Below, piece by piece: positions 18,297 through 27,468 of a stretch of 46,538 nucleotides of DNA; the first letter of the stretch is position 1, and every line of letters begins with the position of its first letter. Where the stretch lies: NCBI GenBank assembly GCA_003134755.1, contig PLCK01000111.1, positions 680 to 47,217 of the forward strand, given 5' to 3'. The notes beneath the pieces were generated by a model. The model was given only the letters and a program-made list of their open reading frames with translations, did no database searches and had not been told where the DNA came from. The DNA is from Actinomycetota bacterium. GTDB lineage: Bacteria > Actinomycetota > Actinomycetes > Acidothermales > Acidothermaceae. The translations under genes were made by a program, and so were the position numbers.

Positions 18297-19211
18297 TCAG
18301 GGCTCGGCGACCTCGCAGATCGGCGCCACCTGCCCGCCCAGGCGCTGGTCGGCTCGGTTGCGGGATGTCGCGAGGAAGCAGCCGAACAGGATCAACGGAA
18401 AGCCGATCGCGATGCCTGTGGTGAACGGTTCGTTGAGCAGCAGCACCCCGAGGAGGAGAGCGATGGCGGGGTTGACGTAGGTGATGACCGTCGCCCGAGC
18501 CGGGCCGACCTCGGCGATCAGGGCGAAGAAGAGCAGGAAGGCGAGGGCTGTGCAGACGAGGGCCAGCCCAAGCACGGACCAGATGACCTTTGCGCTCAGG
18601 TGCGTCGGCCACTGGGCGGCGGCAACCGGCGCATAGCCGATGGCGGTGAGACCGAGCGAGGCCGCCACGACGCCCATCGTCGGAAGGTCGCTGAGCTTGC
18701 GCGAGATCAGAATCGGCCCAGTGGCGTAGCCGATCGCGGTGATCGCAATGGCGACGACCGCCCATGCGTCGTTACCACCCACGTCGACGCCGACCAGTAC
18801 TCCTACGCCGACGAGGCCGATGAGCAGACCGACCAACCGCCTGCCATCGAGCCGATCGTGCTGGTCGCCGCCGCCGACGATCATGAGAGCGATCGCCCCG
18901 ATCAGCGGCACGGACGCGATCAACAGCCCGGCGAGCGAACTGGACAGTCGTTGCTCTGCACGGGACAGCAGGAACCACGGGCCGGCGATCTCGACGACGG
19001 TGTACAGCAACAGCACCCGCCACTTCGCGAGCAGTGGCCGCAACAGCCCGCGTTTGGCTGCGAAAGGTACAAGGAGAACGGCGGCAATGGCGGTGCGCGC
19101 GAAGACGAGTGTCCCGGGCGTCAGGTCACGCAGCGCGACCTTGATCAGCAGGTACGGAATACCCCAGATGACCGCCATCGCGCTGAACAGCAGCCAGCCT
19201 CGCTTGGACAT
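18297..19211 (-). CDS. EamA/DMT-family transporter
   Basis: MSKRGWLLFSAMAVIWGIPYLLIKVAL.. About 10 TM helices and two EamA-like halves. Confidence 0.8.
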   Translation of the reverse strand: MSKRGWLLFSAMAVIWGIPYLLIKVALRDLTPGTLVFARTAIAAVLLVPFAAKRGLLRPLLAKWRVLLLYTVVEIAGPWFLLSRAEQRLSSSLAGLLIASVPLIGAIALMIVGGGDQHDRLDGRRLVGLLIGLVGVGVLVGVDVGGNDAWAVVAIAITAIGYATGPILISRKLSDLPTMGVVAASLGLTAIGYAPVAAAQWPTHLSAKVIWSVLGLALVCTALAFLLFFALIAEVGPARATVITYVNPAIALLLGVLLLNEPFTTGIAIGFPLILFGCFLATSRNRADQRLGGQVAPICEVAEP

Positions 19212-19372
19212 CGCGCTCCTCGTCTCCTGGACTCACACCCTCTCACCTAACGCCGACAGTGTGCTTGCGCATTTCGGCTGCGGTGTAAGGGAAAAGTTGC
19301 CACACGTTGTCCGTGAAGCTGTCCCTGAACAGACTGTTTAGCAGTGCCAGCGGGTGCCCCGACCGCGCGGGT

Positions 19373-19603
19373 TCATGGCAGATATGGGCAGTGCCGGCAG
19401 CCGCGGCCACAGCACGAACCGCGCGCGCTCAGATATTGCGCCGTCAGGACGAACAACCCGCTGGTTGGATCGAGGTAGCCGTCCTCGCCGTCTGCGAGCG
19501 CTTGAGCATGGACGGCGAGGATCTCGGCGCGGGCCGGGTGATCAAGGGCCAGCCGCTCGGGGTGTGGTTCGGTGAGCGGCCGATCGGCGAGCTCGTCTGT
19601 CAC
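19373..19603 (-). CDS. small Cys-rich protein, DUF5522-like
   Basis: 76 aa ending in GSCCGRGCRHCPYLP, which matches my memory of the DUF5522 C-terminal CGxGCRHCPY motif. High GC3. Confidence 0.55.
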   Translation of the reverse strand: MTDELADRPLTEPHPERLALDHPARAEILAVHAQALADGEDGYLDPTSGLFVLTAQYLSARGSCCGRGCRHCPYLP

Positions 19604-19669
19604 CGGCCGATCGTAAGCGCCGAATGTCGGGGTTCCGATACCGCGTCCATCGTCGTTCAGATGCCTTCG

Positions 19670-21382
19670 CTACGAGACGCGCAGGACTTCTTCGAACGTG
19701 GTTTCTCCGCGGCGGGCTTTCGCCAGCCCGGCTTCACGCAACGTCACCATTCCGCCCGCGAGAGCGGCCGTGCGGACGGCGCCTTCGGTCGGCGTCCTCA
19801 GCAACACCTCGCGAACGGCGGGGTCGACGGGCAGGACCTCGAAGATGCCGAGCCGGCCGCGATAGCCGGTGTCGGTGCATTCCATGCAACCAACACCGCG
19901 GATTGGCCGGGCGCCTACGAGAATGTCGCTCGTCACCCGCAGTCGGTCGAGGACCTCAGCCGTCGGCTCGTACGGCATTGCGCACGAGGGGCATGGTCGA
20001 CGCACGAGTCGCTGCGCGACGACGAGTGCAAGTGACGACGCGACGAGAAATGGCTCCACGCCCATGTCGACGAGCCGGGTAACGGCGGCTGCCGCACTGT
20101 TCGTGTGCAGGGTCGACAGCACGAGGTGGCCAGTGAGCGACGCCTCGAGTGCAAGGCCCGCAGTCTCGCCGTCCCGAACCTCACCGACCAGGATGACATC
20201 TGGGTCCTGGCGCAGCACCGATCGCAACCCGCGGGCGAACGTCAGGCCTGCGCGTTCGTGGATCTGCACCTGCGTGATTCCGGGTAGCTGGATTTCGACC
20301 GGGTCCTCGAGCGTGACCACGTTCTTGTCGCGGGTGGCGACCTGCGCGAGCACGGAATACAGCGTGTTGGTCTTGCCCGAGCCGGTTGGGCCGGTGATCA
20401 GCACCAGACCATGCGCGGCAGTGGTTGCCTCGAGCAGCATTGCGAGCTGGTCGGGCGTCATGCCAAGTGCCTGCAATGACGTGATGCGGTCGGCATCGGG
20501 CAGCAGCCGAATGACGACCTTCTCCCCGTGCACCGACGGAAGCGTGCTGACACGGGCGTCGATAGCCACACCGTTGGCGGCAATCTTCATCCGGCCGTCC
20601 TGGGGCAATCGGCGTTGCGCAATGTCCATGCCTGACACGATCTTCAGCCGGCTGACCAGCGCAGGCGCGGCGCCCTTGGGCACTCGGGTCACGTCGCGAA
20701 GCACACCGTCGATCCGGTTGCGCACCCAGATTCCGTCGTGTTGCTGCTCGACGTGAATGTCGCTGGCGCCAAGTCGCACGGCGTCGGCGAGGATTTGGTT
20801 GACGAGTTTCACCGTCGGGGCCTGGTCGGCGACGCGGGCGAGCATCGCCTCCTCGGCGAGGTCGGTCGCGGCGGCGTCGTCGGTCAGCTTCGACATCGCG
20901 CCGGCGTCTTCGGTCATCGACCAGATTCGCGCGATGTGTTCCTGGATCATCGAATCGGTCGCGACCACCAGGGACAGCGACTGCGAGCCGGTGTACGCGC
21001 GCACATCGTCGAGGGCGACGACGTTGGTCGGGTCCGCGGTGGCGATCCGAAGGCCGTCGGTCGTGCGGCCGAGAATGAGAACACGCGCGCGCTCGGCGAC
21101 CTGGCGCGGTAGCAGCCGGGCCACCTCCATCGGGACGGCGAGGTCGCCACCCTCGATCAGCTCGAGCGCCAGCAGTTCGGCGAGTGCCTCTGCGATCTGC
21201 CGCTCGGTCAAGAAGCCCATCTCGACGATCAGCTTGCCGAGCCGCTTGCGGTCCTTGCCGGGCAGCTGCCGCTGCATGGCAAGCGCCTCGTCGAGTTGCG
21301 CCTGGGTGATCAGGTCACGCTCGATCAGGACGTCGCCGAGGCGGCGGCGTTCTGGGAGACCGGACGAAGGTTCAGCAGTCAT
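19670..21382 (-). CDS. GspE/PulE/PilB-family secretion ATPase with N-terminal tandem MshEN-type motifs
   Basis: ATG 21382 preceded by GGAGG. Walker A ITGPTGSGKTNT, Walker B/Asp box DPDVILVGEVRD, His box GHLVLSTLHTN, and a tetracysteine CPSC..CMEC. N-terminus carries RLGDVLIERDLITQAQLDEALAMQ and RLGKLIVEMGFLTERQIAEALAEL. Confidence 0.9.
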   Translation of the reverse strand: MTAEPSSGLPERRRLGDVLIERDLITQAQLDEALAMQRQLPGKDRKRLGKLIVEMGFLTERQIAEALAELLALELIEGGDLAVPMEVARLLPRQVAERARVLILGRTTDGLRIATADPTNVVALDDVRAYTGSQSLSLVVATDSMIQEHIARIWSMTEDAGAMSKLTDDAAATDLAEEAMLARVADQAPTVKLVNQILADAVRLGASDIHVEQQHDGIWVRNRIDGVLRDVTRVPKGAAPALVSRLKIVSGMDIAQRRLPQDGRMKIAANGVAIDARVSTLPSVHGEKVVIRLLPDADRITSLQALGMTPDQLAMLLEATTAAHGLVLITGPTGSGKTNTLYSVLAQVATRDKNVVTLEDPVEIQLPGITQVQIHERAGLTFARGLRSVLRQDPDVILVGEVRDGETAGLALEASLTGHLVLSTLHTNSAAAAVTRLVDMGVEPFLVASSLALVVAQRLVRRPCPSCAMPYEPTAEVLDRLRVTSDILVGARPIRGVGCMECTDTGYRGRLGIFEVLPVDPAVREVLLRTPTEGAVRTAALAGGMVTLREAGLAKARRGETTFEEVLRVS

Positions 21383-21492
21383 GCCTCCCCATTCGGCCGT
21401 CGGAGCGTCGATGTGAGCGTTCCGATCACCCGTTTGGCGGTGTGTTGACCCAATCGGCCGGTGACCCGAAGTGCGGGCACGCCGCAAGACAA

Positions 21493-21529
21493 GAGGGCGT
21501 GCGCGCAACACCTGTGCGCGCACGCCCTC
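21493..21529 (-). terminator. strong GC hairpin, likely intrinsic terminator after the TIGR03118-like gene
   Basis: GAGGGCGTGCGCGCA / TGCGCGCACGCCCTC form a 15-bp perfect stem with a ~7-nt loop. On the minus strand it is followed by TTGTCTTG. Lies 51 nt downstream of the stop at 21580. Confidence 0.6.
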
Positions 21530-21579
21530 CGCGTTCGGGCCGGGTCAGCTCACGCCGTCCGCCCTCGTGCTGTCGGCAC

Positions 21580-22725
21580 TCAGGCCTGAGGTACCGCGGT
21601 GAGCACCCCGACCAGACCATGCGACTCGTCGTCAGGGCCGGCGCTGAAGATCACCGATTGCGGATCGCTGGCAACGCCGTTGCCGGGCATCAATCCCCAC
21701 AACCCGTCGATCGTGATCGGCTCGTGCATCGCGTCACGGATGGTGCCGAGGCTCTGGCCACTCTCCGCGTTGTAGGCGTGGATCCGGCCGTTGCCGAAGT
21801 TCCCAACCAGCAGGGTTCCGGCGAGCGGACCCCAAGAGGACGGCGCGATGGCCAGGCCCCACGGGGAGTTCAGTTCGCCGTGCTGAATCAGACGCTTCTG
21901 CAAGCGGCCCTCGGTTGTGTAGATGTCGACGAATCCGTGGCCGGGGCCCGCCTCGTCATCGATCGTGCCGGCCTTCTTCTTGGCGTAGGTCACGTAGAGC
22001 TTTCCGTCGAGTTGTTGCACGTTGAACGGTGCGTACCCCTCGGGAATCATCGGGTCGCGAAACGCGTCCTTCCAGTCCTGCATCGCGAACGACGTGTCGA
22101 ACACGTCGATCGTGCCCTTGGCGAAGTCGGCGGCGTAAAGGAAGTCGGAGCCCTTCGCGCTGGCGAGCGCGAGCCCCTTGAATACACCGTCTGGTACATG
22201 AGCGGCAGGTGTTGCCATCGTCGAATTTGCGGCAGGCACGTTCGGGTTCCACCCGAGGATCCAGCCGGACTCGGTGGCGAAGATGAACTTCGCCGGCCCA
22301 GTCGCGTCGCCAGCCTTCACTGCGAACTCGGACGCCGAAGGGTTGAATACTTGCCCGGTCGGACGGCCGGGAACCGCGACGGTCAGCGGCACCTTCACGA
22401 ACGCGGGTGGCGTCGGGCCGGTGCGGTACAGCGTGCTGGCGTCCTGGCCGTTGTCAGACACCCATAACGGCGTCGGGGTCGCGCCCGTCCCGAACGACAT
22501 TCCCCACGGATTGACGAGGGTCGGGTCCACGAGGACGTTGGGGTCGCTCGCGAGCGCATGGTCGGAGACGAGATTCGTCTGAGTGACGGCGACACGCGCG
22601 GCGTCGCCGGAGATGTTCGATGCACTGGCTGTTGCGGCAGGAACGAGTGCCAGCCCGGTGGCGAGGGCCACCGCGCTGAGCGCAGGTACCGCCCTCTTCG
22701 CCGGGCCCTGCAATCTGATCCGCAT
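21580..22725 (-). CDS. secreted TIGR03118-family (beta-propeller-like) protein
   Basis: Signal peptide ..ATASA. TNLVSDHALASDPNVLVDPTLVNPWGMSFG..PLWVSDNGQDASTLY matches my recollection of the TIGR03118 N-terminal signature. Confidence 0.6.
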   Translation of the reverse strand: MRIRLQGPAKRAVPALSAVALATGLALVPAATASASNISGDAARVAVTQTNLVSDHALASDPNVLVDPTLVNPWGMSFGTGATPTPLWVSDNGQDASTLYRTGPTPPAFVKVPLTVAVPGRPTGQVFNPSASEFAVKAGDATGPAKFIFATESGWILGWNPNVPAANSTMATPAAHVPDGVFKGLALASAKGSDFLYAADFAKGTIDVFDTSFAMQDWKDAFRDPMIPEGYAPFNVQQLDGKLYVTYAKKKAGTIDDEAGPGHGFVDIYTTEGRLQKRLIQHGELNSPWGLAIAPSSWGPLAGTLLVGNFGNGRIHAYNAESGQSLGTIRDAMHEPITIDGLWGLMPGNGVASDPQSVIFSAGPDDESHGLVGVLTAVPQA

Positions 22726-22839
22726 GAGTCCTCCTCAAGTCGTCCCGGCCTGGCTGCCCCACATCCGGGTCACAGCGTCAGACACGAGCCCCGAGCCTTC
22801 GCGGTTCACCGTTACGGCGTGTTATTTGGTTATTTGGCC

Positions 22840-23844
22840 TTAGCTGCGGGGCGCGACGAGGGTCCCGACGGGAACGACATGCCCGTCGGCCGCGAACCCC
22901 CAGTCGAGGAGGGCGCGGGTCTCAGGCCAGAAGTCGGGAACATCGTGCATGACCACGACGATGATCGTGTGGCCGCCGCGGCGGGCGGCCCCGACGAAGC
23001 TGGCCTGCGCCGCGATCGTGTAGCCGTTCTTGCCGCCGATCATGCCGGGATAGCTCGCGAGCAGGCGGTCATGGGTGTAGATCGGGTACGCGCCGCCACT
23101 GGCCGACGGAAAGAGCGTGCTTCGTAGCGAGATGTCGCGCCGGAAGGCGGGCATCGCCAGCCCGGCCCTGAAGATAAGCGCAAGGTCATAGGCGGACGAC
23201 GTCTGGCCGGGGGCGTCGAGTCCGTTCGGGGTGCGGGCGACCGTGTCGCGAGCCTGCAGTTGGGCCGCCCTGTTGTTCATCCTTGCCAGCGTCGGGGCGA
23301 GCCCGCCCTCGGCGTCAGAGATGGCGACGGCCGCGTCGTTGGCCGACATCACGAGCAACGCTTCGAAGAGTTTGTCGATTCGGTAGGTGAAACCCTGCAC
23401 GATGCCGACTCGGGTGCCGTCGGTCTGCGCGGCGGACGCGGTGCCCTTGATCGCTCCGTTCACCCTGAAGCGGGGCATCAGTGCGACCGCAGTCAGGATC
23501 TTGAGAGTGCTGGCGGGGGCCAGCCGCCCGTGCGCGTCCCGCGCGGCCAGAACCTGTCCAGTGGTCGCGTCGGCGACCAGGAACGCCGTCGCAGAGGTGG
23601 CCGGTAGCGGTGGCGCGCCGCGACCGAGACCGACGACGGTTCCGCCGGCCGCGAGCGCGCTGCCGCCGATGACGGCGGGTGCCGCGAACCGGGGCGCGGT
23701 GGCCCGGGGTGTGGTGGCCCGGGGCGAGGTCGCCTGAGCGGGAGTGGCGATCGCGAGGCTGGCAACCAACGACGTCGCGGCCGCAAGGGAGGTGGCCGTG
23801 AGCAGGGATGCGCGCGCCATGACGCGCCGGGGAAGTGAACGCAT
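22840..23844 (-). CDS. D-alanyl-D-alanine carboxypeptidase (S11, low-MW PBP)
   Basis: Signal peptide. SxxK = ASTLKILT, SxN = SANDAA, and GGKNGYT is KTG-like. Confidence 0.85.
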   Translation of the reverse strand: MRSLPRRVMARASLLTATSLAAATSLVASLAIATPAQATSPRATTPRATAPRFAAPAVIGGSALAAGGTVVGLGRGAPPLPATSATAFLVADATTGQVLAARDAHGRLAPASTLKILTAVALMPRFRVNGAIKGTASAAQTDGTRVGIVQGFTYRIDKLFEALLVMSANDAAVAISDAEGGLAPTLARMNNRAAQLQARDTVARTPNGLDAPGQTSSAYDLALIFRAGLAMPAFRRDISLRSTLFPSASGGAYPIYTHDRLLASYPGMIGGKNGYTIAAQASFVGAARRGGHTIIVVVMHDVPDFWPETRALLDWGFAADGHVVPVGTLVAPRS

Positions 23845-23928
23845 GACCTTGGGACCGTATCGGCGAGGCCGTCCGATGTGCGGGACTTCGACCGCATCGG
23901 CGACTGCGCGTCGCGGTCTGCACGCACA

Positions 23929-23977
23929 AAGCTGCGGTAACGAGTCGCCGTCCAGAGCGCACTCGTTACCGCAGCTT
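23929..23977 (-). terminator. long hairpin downstream of the lipoprotein gene (17-bp stem, 15-nt loop)
   Basis: AAGCTGCGGTAACGAGT..ACTCGTTACCGCAGCTT. On the minus strand it begins 9 nt after the stop at 23986 and is followed by TGTGCG. No strong U-tract. Confidence 0.45.
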
Positions 23978-23985
23978 CGGTACTG

Positions 23986-24387
23986 TCAGCCCTCGTCGTT
24001 CTGGGCCCGGGCCGAGTCGCCCGCCGCTAGTTGCTGGTCGGACGTCGAGGTGCCGGCGTCACTTGCTGCCAGGTCGGCGGCTATGGCGGCAAGCGCGCTG
24101 GCCTGTGCGGCGTTCCCTGCGGCGCCGGCTGCCGCGGTGGGGGGCACCCTCGCTGGGCTCTTGGCCGGTTGGCCAGCGGCTGCTGGTGCTGTGGCGCTCA
24201 CGGCGCCGCCGGGGTCGGACGCCGTCGCGGCGTCCGGGACCGTCGACACGGGAGCTGAAGCGATTACCGATGCGACCGTGTTTGCCGGTGCTCCGGTGTT
24301 GCCGCCGCCGTGCTGGCGGGTGCAGCCGGTGGCCAGCGTCACGATGAGCGCGACGCCGACCACGACCGCGCCCGATGTACGGCGCAC
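23986..24387 (-). CDS. putative lipoprotein, Ala/Thr/Pro-rich and low complexity
   Basis: GTG start overlaps the upstream stop (TAGTG). Sequence begins MRRTSGAVVVGVALIVTLATGC, a signal plus Cys. The rest looks disordered with an acidic tail. Confidence 0.5.
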   Translation of the reverse strand: MRRTSGAVVVGVALIVTLATGCTRQHGGGNTGAPANTVASVIASAPVSTVPDAATASDPGGAVSATAPAAAGQPAKSPARVPPTAAAGAAGNAAQASALAAIAADLAASDAGTSTSDQQLAAGDSARAQNDEG

Positions 24388-25139
24388 TACTTCAGCGCTT
24401 TCGTGACCGTCACGATGTCGGCACGGGCGCCCTTCGCGTCTGCCCGCGCGGTCACGAGCGACTGCCGAGCACTCGACAGCAGGGCGTGGTTCGCGTCGTA
24501 CTGGGCCGGCGTGTAGGCGAGCACGGTCGCCGACAGCCCGCCTGTGGCGGTACCGATGGCCGCGAGCTGGGTCGCAAGGTCAGCCATCGCGGCCTGGACC
24601 GCGGGGGTGTTCTTTCCCGCGTCGACACCGGCAAGGAGAGCGGCCAGCTTTGTCTGCGCGTCGGTCAGCTTGGGCACCACGGTTCCGGTGAGCGCGTCGG
24701 TAGCCATGGCGAAGTGAGCCTGCGGCAGCGCGAGGGCGTAGACCCGGTATCCGGTGAAGATCGTCTTGTAGTCGGTTGCCGCCTGCTGCGCGGTCGTGTC
24801 GGCAGCGATCTTGGCCCCGAGGGCGGTCAGGCCCGTGACGTCACCATTCAGCGTGCCCAGAAGCGTCGCCTTATCGGCGGCTGAGATAACCGAGCTTCCG
24901 CTCACGGTTGCGATCGCTTTCGACAACGATGTGAGCCGCTGTGCGATCGCGCTGGCTGCCTTCTGCTGGATCGTCGTGAGCGTTGGGTGGTTGGGAGTGG
25001 CCGACGGCGAATCGGAGGATGCGCTCGGGTCGGCGGTCGGCGCCGCCAGCGCGCTGGCCGAGACGCCAACCACAGCGACGGCGGCGGTGGCAAGGACGGC
25101 CGCGGCCCGGCTCGCCGTCGAGAGGGTCAAACGGTTCAT
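24387..25139 (-). CDS. secreted hypothetical protein, all-helical Ala/Thr-rich (250 aa)
   Basis: Signal peptide ..SASALAAP. The mature part has periodic helical repeats (TIQQKAASAIAQRLTSLSKAIATV.., GYRVYALALPQAHFAMATDAL). RBS is AAGGAG. I recognise no family. Confidence 0.65.
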   Translation of the reverse strand: MNRLTLSTASRAAAVLATAAVAVVGVSASALAAPTADPSASSDSPSATPNHPTLTTIQQKAASAIAQRLTSLSKAIATVSGSSVISAADKATLLGTLNGDVTGLTALGAKIAADTTAQQAATDYKTIFTGYRVYALALPQAHFAMATDALTGTVVPKLTDAQTKLAALLAGVDAGKNTPAVQAAMADLATQLAAIGTATGGLSATVLAYTPAQYDANHALLSSARQSLVTARADAKGARADIVTVTKALK

Positions 25140-25264
25140 TGGAGGACTCCTTGATTTCGGGCTGTCGCCCTGGTTGTTGTTGTGTCACCTCCTTTTTCGG
25201 TCACGCAGGTTAGGCAGTACGCGGTTGTTGTGTTCGGGTTAGGTAAGGCGCCGCAGCGGTGTGC

Positions 25265-26338
25265 TCAGCGCCCGAAGCTGGACATGATGTGGTCGAACTG
25301 CCACGGCGCCTGGGGGATCGACGAACAGCTGTCGCCGCCGGGAACGCCGAGCAAGCAGCCGTTCGCTGGGTCGGTCGCCTTGTCGCGGCCCACGGCCCAA
25401 AACGAGAGCTCGCCGATCTTGTGGACGGTGGCCCACTGGGTGACGTTCCGCGCATCGCCGAGAGTGAAGATCTCCGACGGGCCGGTCTCGCCTCCCGAAC
25501 CGTAGTCGTCGTACCCGAGCATCTCGGTCACGCCGACCATGCCCCATACCTGTGGACCCGAAAGGGTCGGATACAGGGTCCGCAGGAACCGGACCAGATC
25601 CCGAGCGGCGGCCTTGGTGTCGGTGGCCATCTCGTGAGCCTGGTCGTCGTAGTAGTCGAACGTCATGATGTTGACGATCCGGATCCGGGCGCTGTTCTCG
25701 ACGGCGTTTTGGAGGATGTGCTTGACGTTGTCCTCGATGCCCGTCGACGCGGTCGGAACTGTGTAGACGACCTGAACGGTCCGGTTGTGCTGCTCGGCCC
25801 AGTGCTGGAGCTCGGCGATCGCCTTGTTACGACGGTCGATGCCGGCCAGATTGTCGAGTGAGTGGTCCTCGACGTCCATGTCGAGGCGCGTCACGTCGTA
25901 GGTCGTGACGACCTTCTCGTACGCCAGCGCGATCTTGTGGACGTCGGCGCAGCTGTCGGCGATCTCGGTCGCGGTGTCGTCGGCACTGAAACCACCGAAC
26001 GACGGGACGACGTCCCCGCCCCGGGCCCGGATCTTGGCAATGTCGGCGCCATAGTGCGACTGTGCGACGGGAGTCGTCGGGTCGCCGTTCCACAGGATGT
26101 CGCATGAGCCCGTCGTCGCGGTCTGGAGGAACGCGAGCGTCAGGTATTTCGCGCCCGACGCCTTCGCGGCATCGGCCGGGCTGTCCGGGTTGTAGGCCTG
26201 AAAGTACGGGGCGAAGACGTGGCTCGGCAGCTTCGTGCCTTGACCGTCGGACGCGTAGGCCGAGCCGGCGAGCGCACCGGAGGCCAGCGCCGCCCCGGCG
26301 GTCGCAGCGACGTTGGCGAGCAACCTCGAACGGGACAT
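25265..26338 (-). CDS. secreted glycoside hydrolase family 18 (chitinase/endo-beta-N-acetylglucosaminidase-like)
   Basis: Signal peptide ..SAYASDG. YLTLAFL, GGDVVPSFGG and the catalytic-type motif TRLDMDVED (DxDxE). Confidence 0.75.
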   Translation of the reverse strand: MSRSRLLANVAATAGAALASGALAGSAYASDGQGTKLPSHVFAPYFQAYNPDSPADAAKASGAKYLTLAFLQTATTGSCDILWNGDPTTPVAQSHYGADIAKIRARGGDVVPSFGGFSADDTATEIADSCADVHKIALAYEKVVTTYDVTRLDMDVEDHSLDNLAGIDRRNKAIAELQHWAEQHNRTVQVVYTVPTASTGIEDNVKHILQNAVENSARIRIVNIMTFDYYDDQAHEMATDTKAAARDLVRFLRTLYPTLSGPQVWGMVGVTEMLGYDDYGSGGETGPSEIFTLGDARNVTQWATVHKIGELSFWAVGRDKATDPANGCLLGVPGGDSCSSIPQAPWQFDHIMSSFGR

Positions 26339-26538
26339 GGGAGCCAGCTTTCACCGCGACGCGAGCCCAGTTAGGAAACCTTACAATTACTTGGCTGACG
26401 GTAGGTTCGCGCTCCGACCATGTCAAGGGTCAGGTCCAAACGGGCATCGACGTCTCGCGCAATGTCTACAGCTGGCGGTCGGCCTGCCGATGGGTCGGGT
26501 GAGCGTCCTTTCGGGCGTCGCTGGCCGTCGGAGGGTTC

Positions 26539-27426
26539 GTGACACTGGCACCAACCGAGCTCGGCCTGTTCGCCGCTCGGCTATGGCAGGCGACTGACGC
26601 CTTCGTGCTGTTTTTCGACGAAAGCGAGCGAGTGCTGGCCGCGAATGCCGCCGTGTGTGCGGCCATGGGCGCCGACGAGGTCAACGTGATCGGCGCCGAC
26701 GCCGACGTCGTGGTCGTGCCCCGCGAGGTTCCCGACCTGCGCCGGGCACTGCGCGGCGCCATTCGTTCAGGGTTGTCGTCCGCGCTCGAACTCGAGTTGT
26801 CGACGACCGACAACCAGCGCCGAAGCGTTGCGTGGTCGATCTCCCGGATATCGGAGTCACCGGCTGTCGTCGCCGCAATCGGCGTCGATGTCACGGCGAG
26901 GCGCAACGAACTCGACGTCCTGCGTAGCCGTTCGGTGACCGACGAACTGACCGGGCTGCCCAACCGGGCCGGGCTCGTCGAACAGCTGGCCACGCATGCC
27001 GGAAGCGGCGCGACCGTCGTCTTCTGCGACCTGAACGGGTTCAAGGCGATCAACGACACGCACGGCCACGCCGCGGGCGACGCCGTCCTCGTCCAGATTG
27101 GCCGTCGGCTGACGAGGACCGTTCGGGGCGAGGACTTCGTTGCCCGACTCGGCGGTGACGAGTTCGTGATCGTCGTCCCGCCCGACCCGCACTCCGATTT
27201 CGAGGCGCTCGCGCGAAGACTGCTGCGAGCCACGGATCAACCTCTGATCCTGCCCGGACCGATCGTGGCGAGCGTCGGAATGTCCATCGGCATGGCGACA
27301 CTGGAGGCGGGAGCCGACCCCGCAACGGTCCTCACGATCGCCGATCAGAACATGTACCTGATGAAGTCACGTCGCACAACGCACACGACCGCAATGCCGG
27401 ACGCCGAGGACGCCGCACTGCGTTAG
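26539..27426 (+). CDS. PAS-like sensor diguanylate cyclase (GGDEF, RxxD I-site)
   Basis: TDELTGLPNRAG..VVFCDLNGFKAINDTHGHAAGDAVL..VRGEDFVARLGGDEFVIVV. The N-terminal ~120 aa are PAS-like. Confidence 0.85.
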   Translation: MTLAPTELGLFAARLWQATDAFVLFFDESERVLAANAAVCAAMGADEVNVIGADADVVVVPREVPDLRRALRGAIRSGLSSALELELSTTDNQRRSVAWSISRISESPAVVAAIGVDVTARRNELDVLRSRSVTDELTGLPNRAGLVEQLATHAGSGATVVFCDLNGFKAINDTHGHAAGDAVLVQIGRRLTRTVRGEDFVARLGGDEFVIVVPPDPHSDFEALARRLLRATDQPLILPGPIVASVGMSIGMATLEAGADPATVLTIADQNMYLMKSRRTTHTTAMPDAEDAALR

Positions 27427-27468
27427 TCGCGACGGCTTTGCGGCCACCCGTTTCCGAGCCAGCCCGAC

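Noticed and set aside
26339-26538. A possible DasR dre site or chitinase chi-box (GGTCAGGTCCAAAC) upstream of GH18.
   Set aside because: It only partly resembles TGGTCCAGACCT or ACTGGTCTAGACCACT, and there is no second repeat or palindrome.
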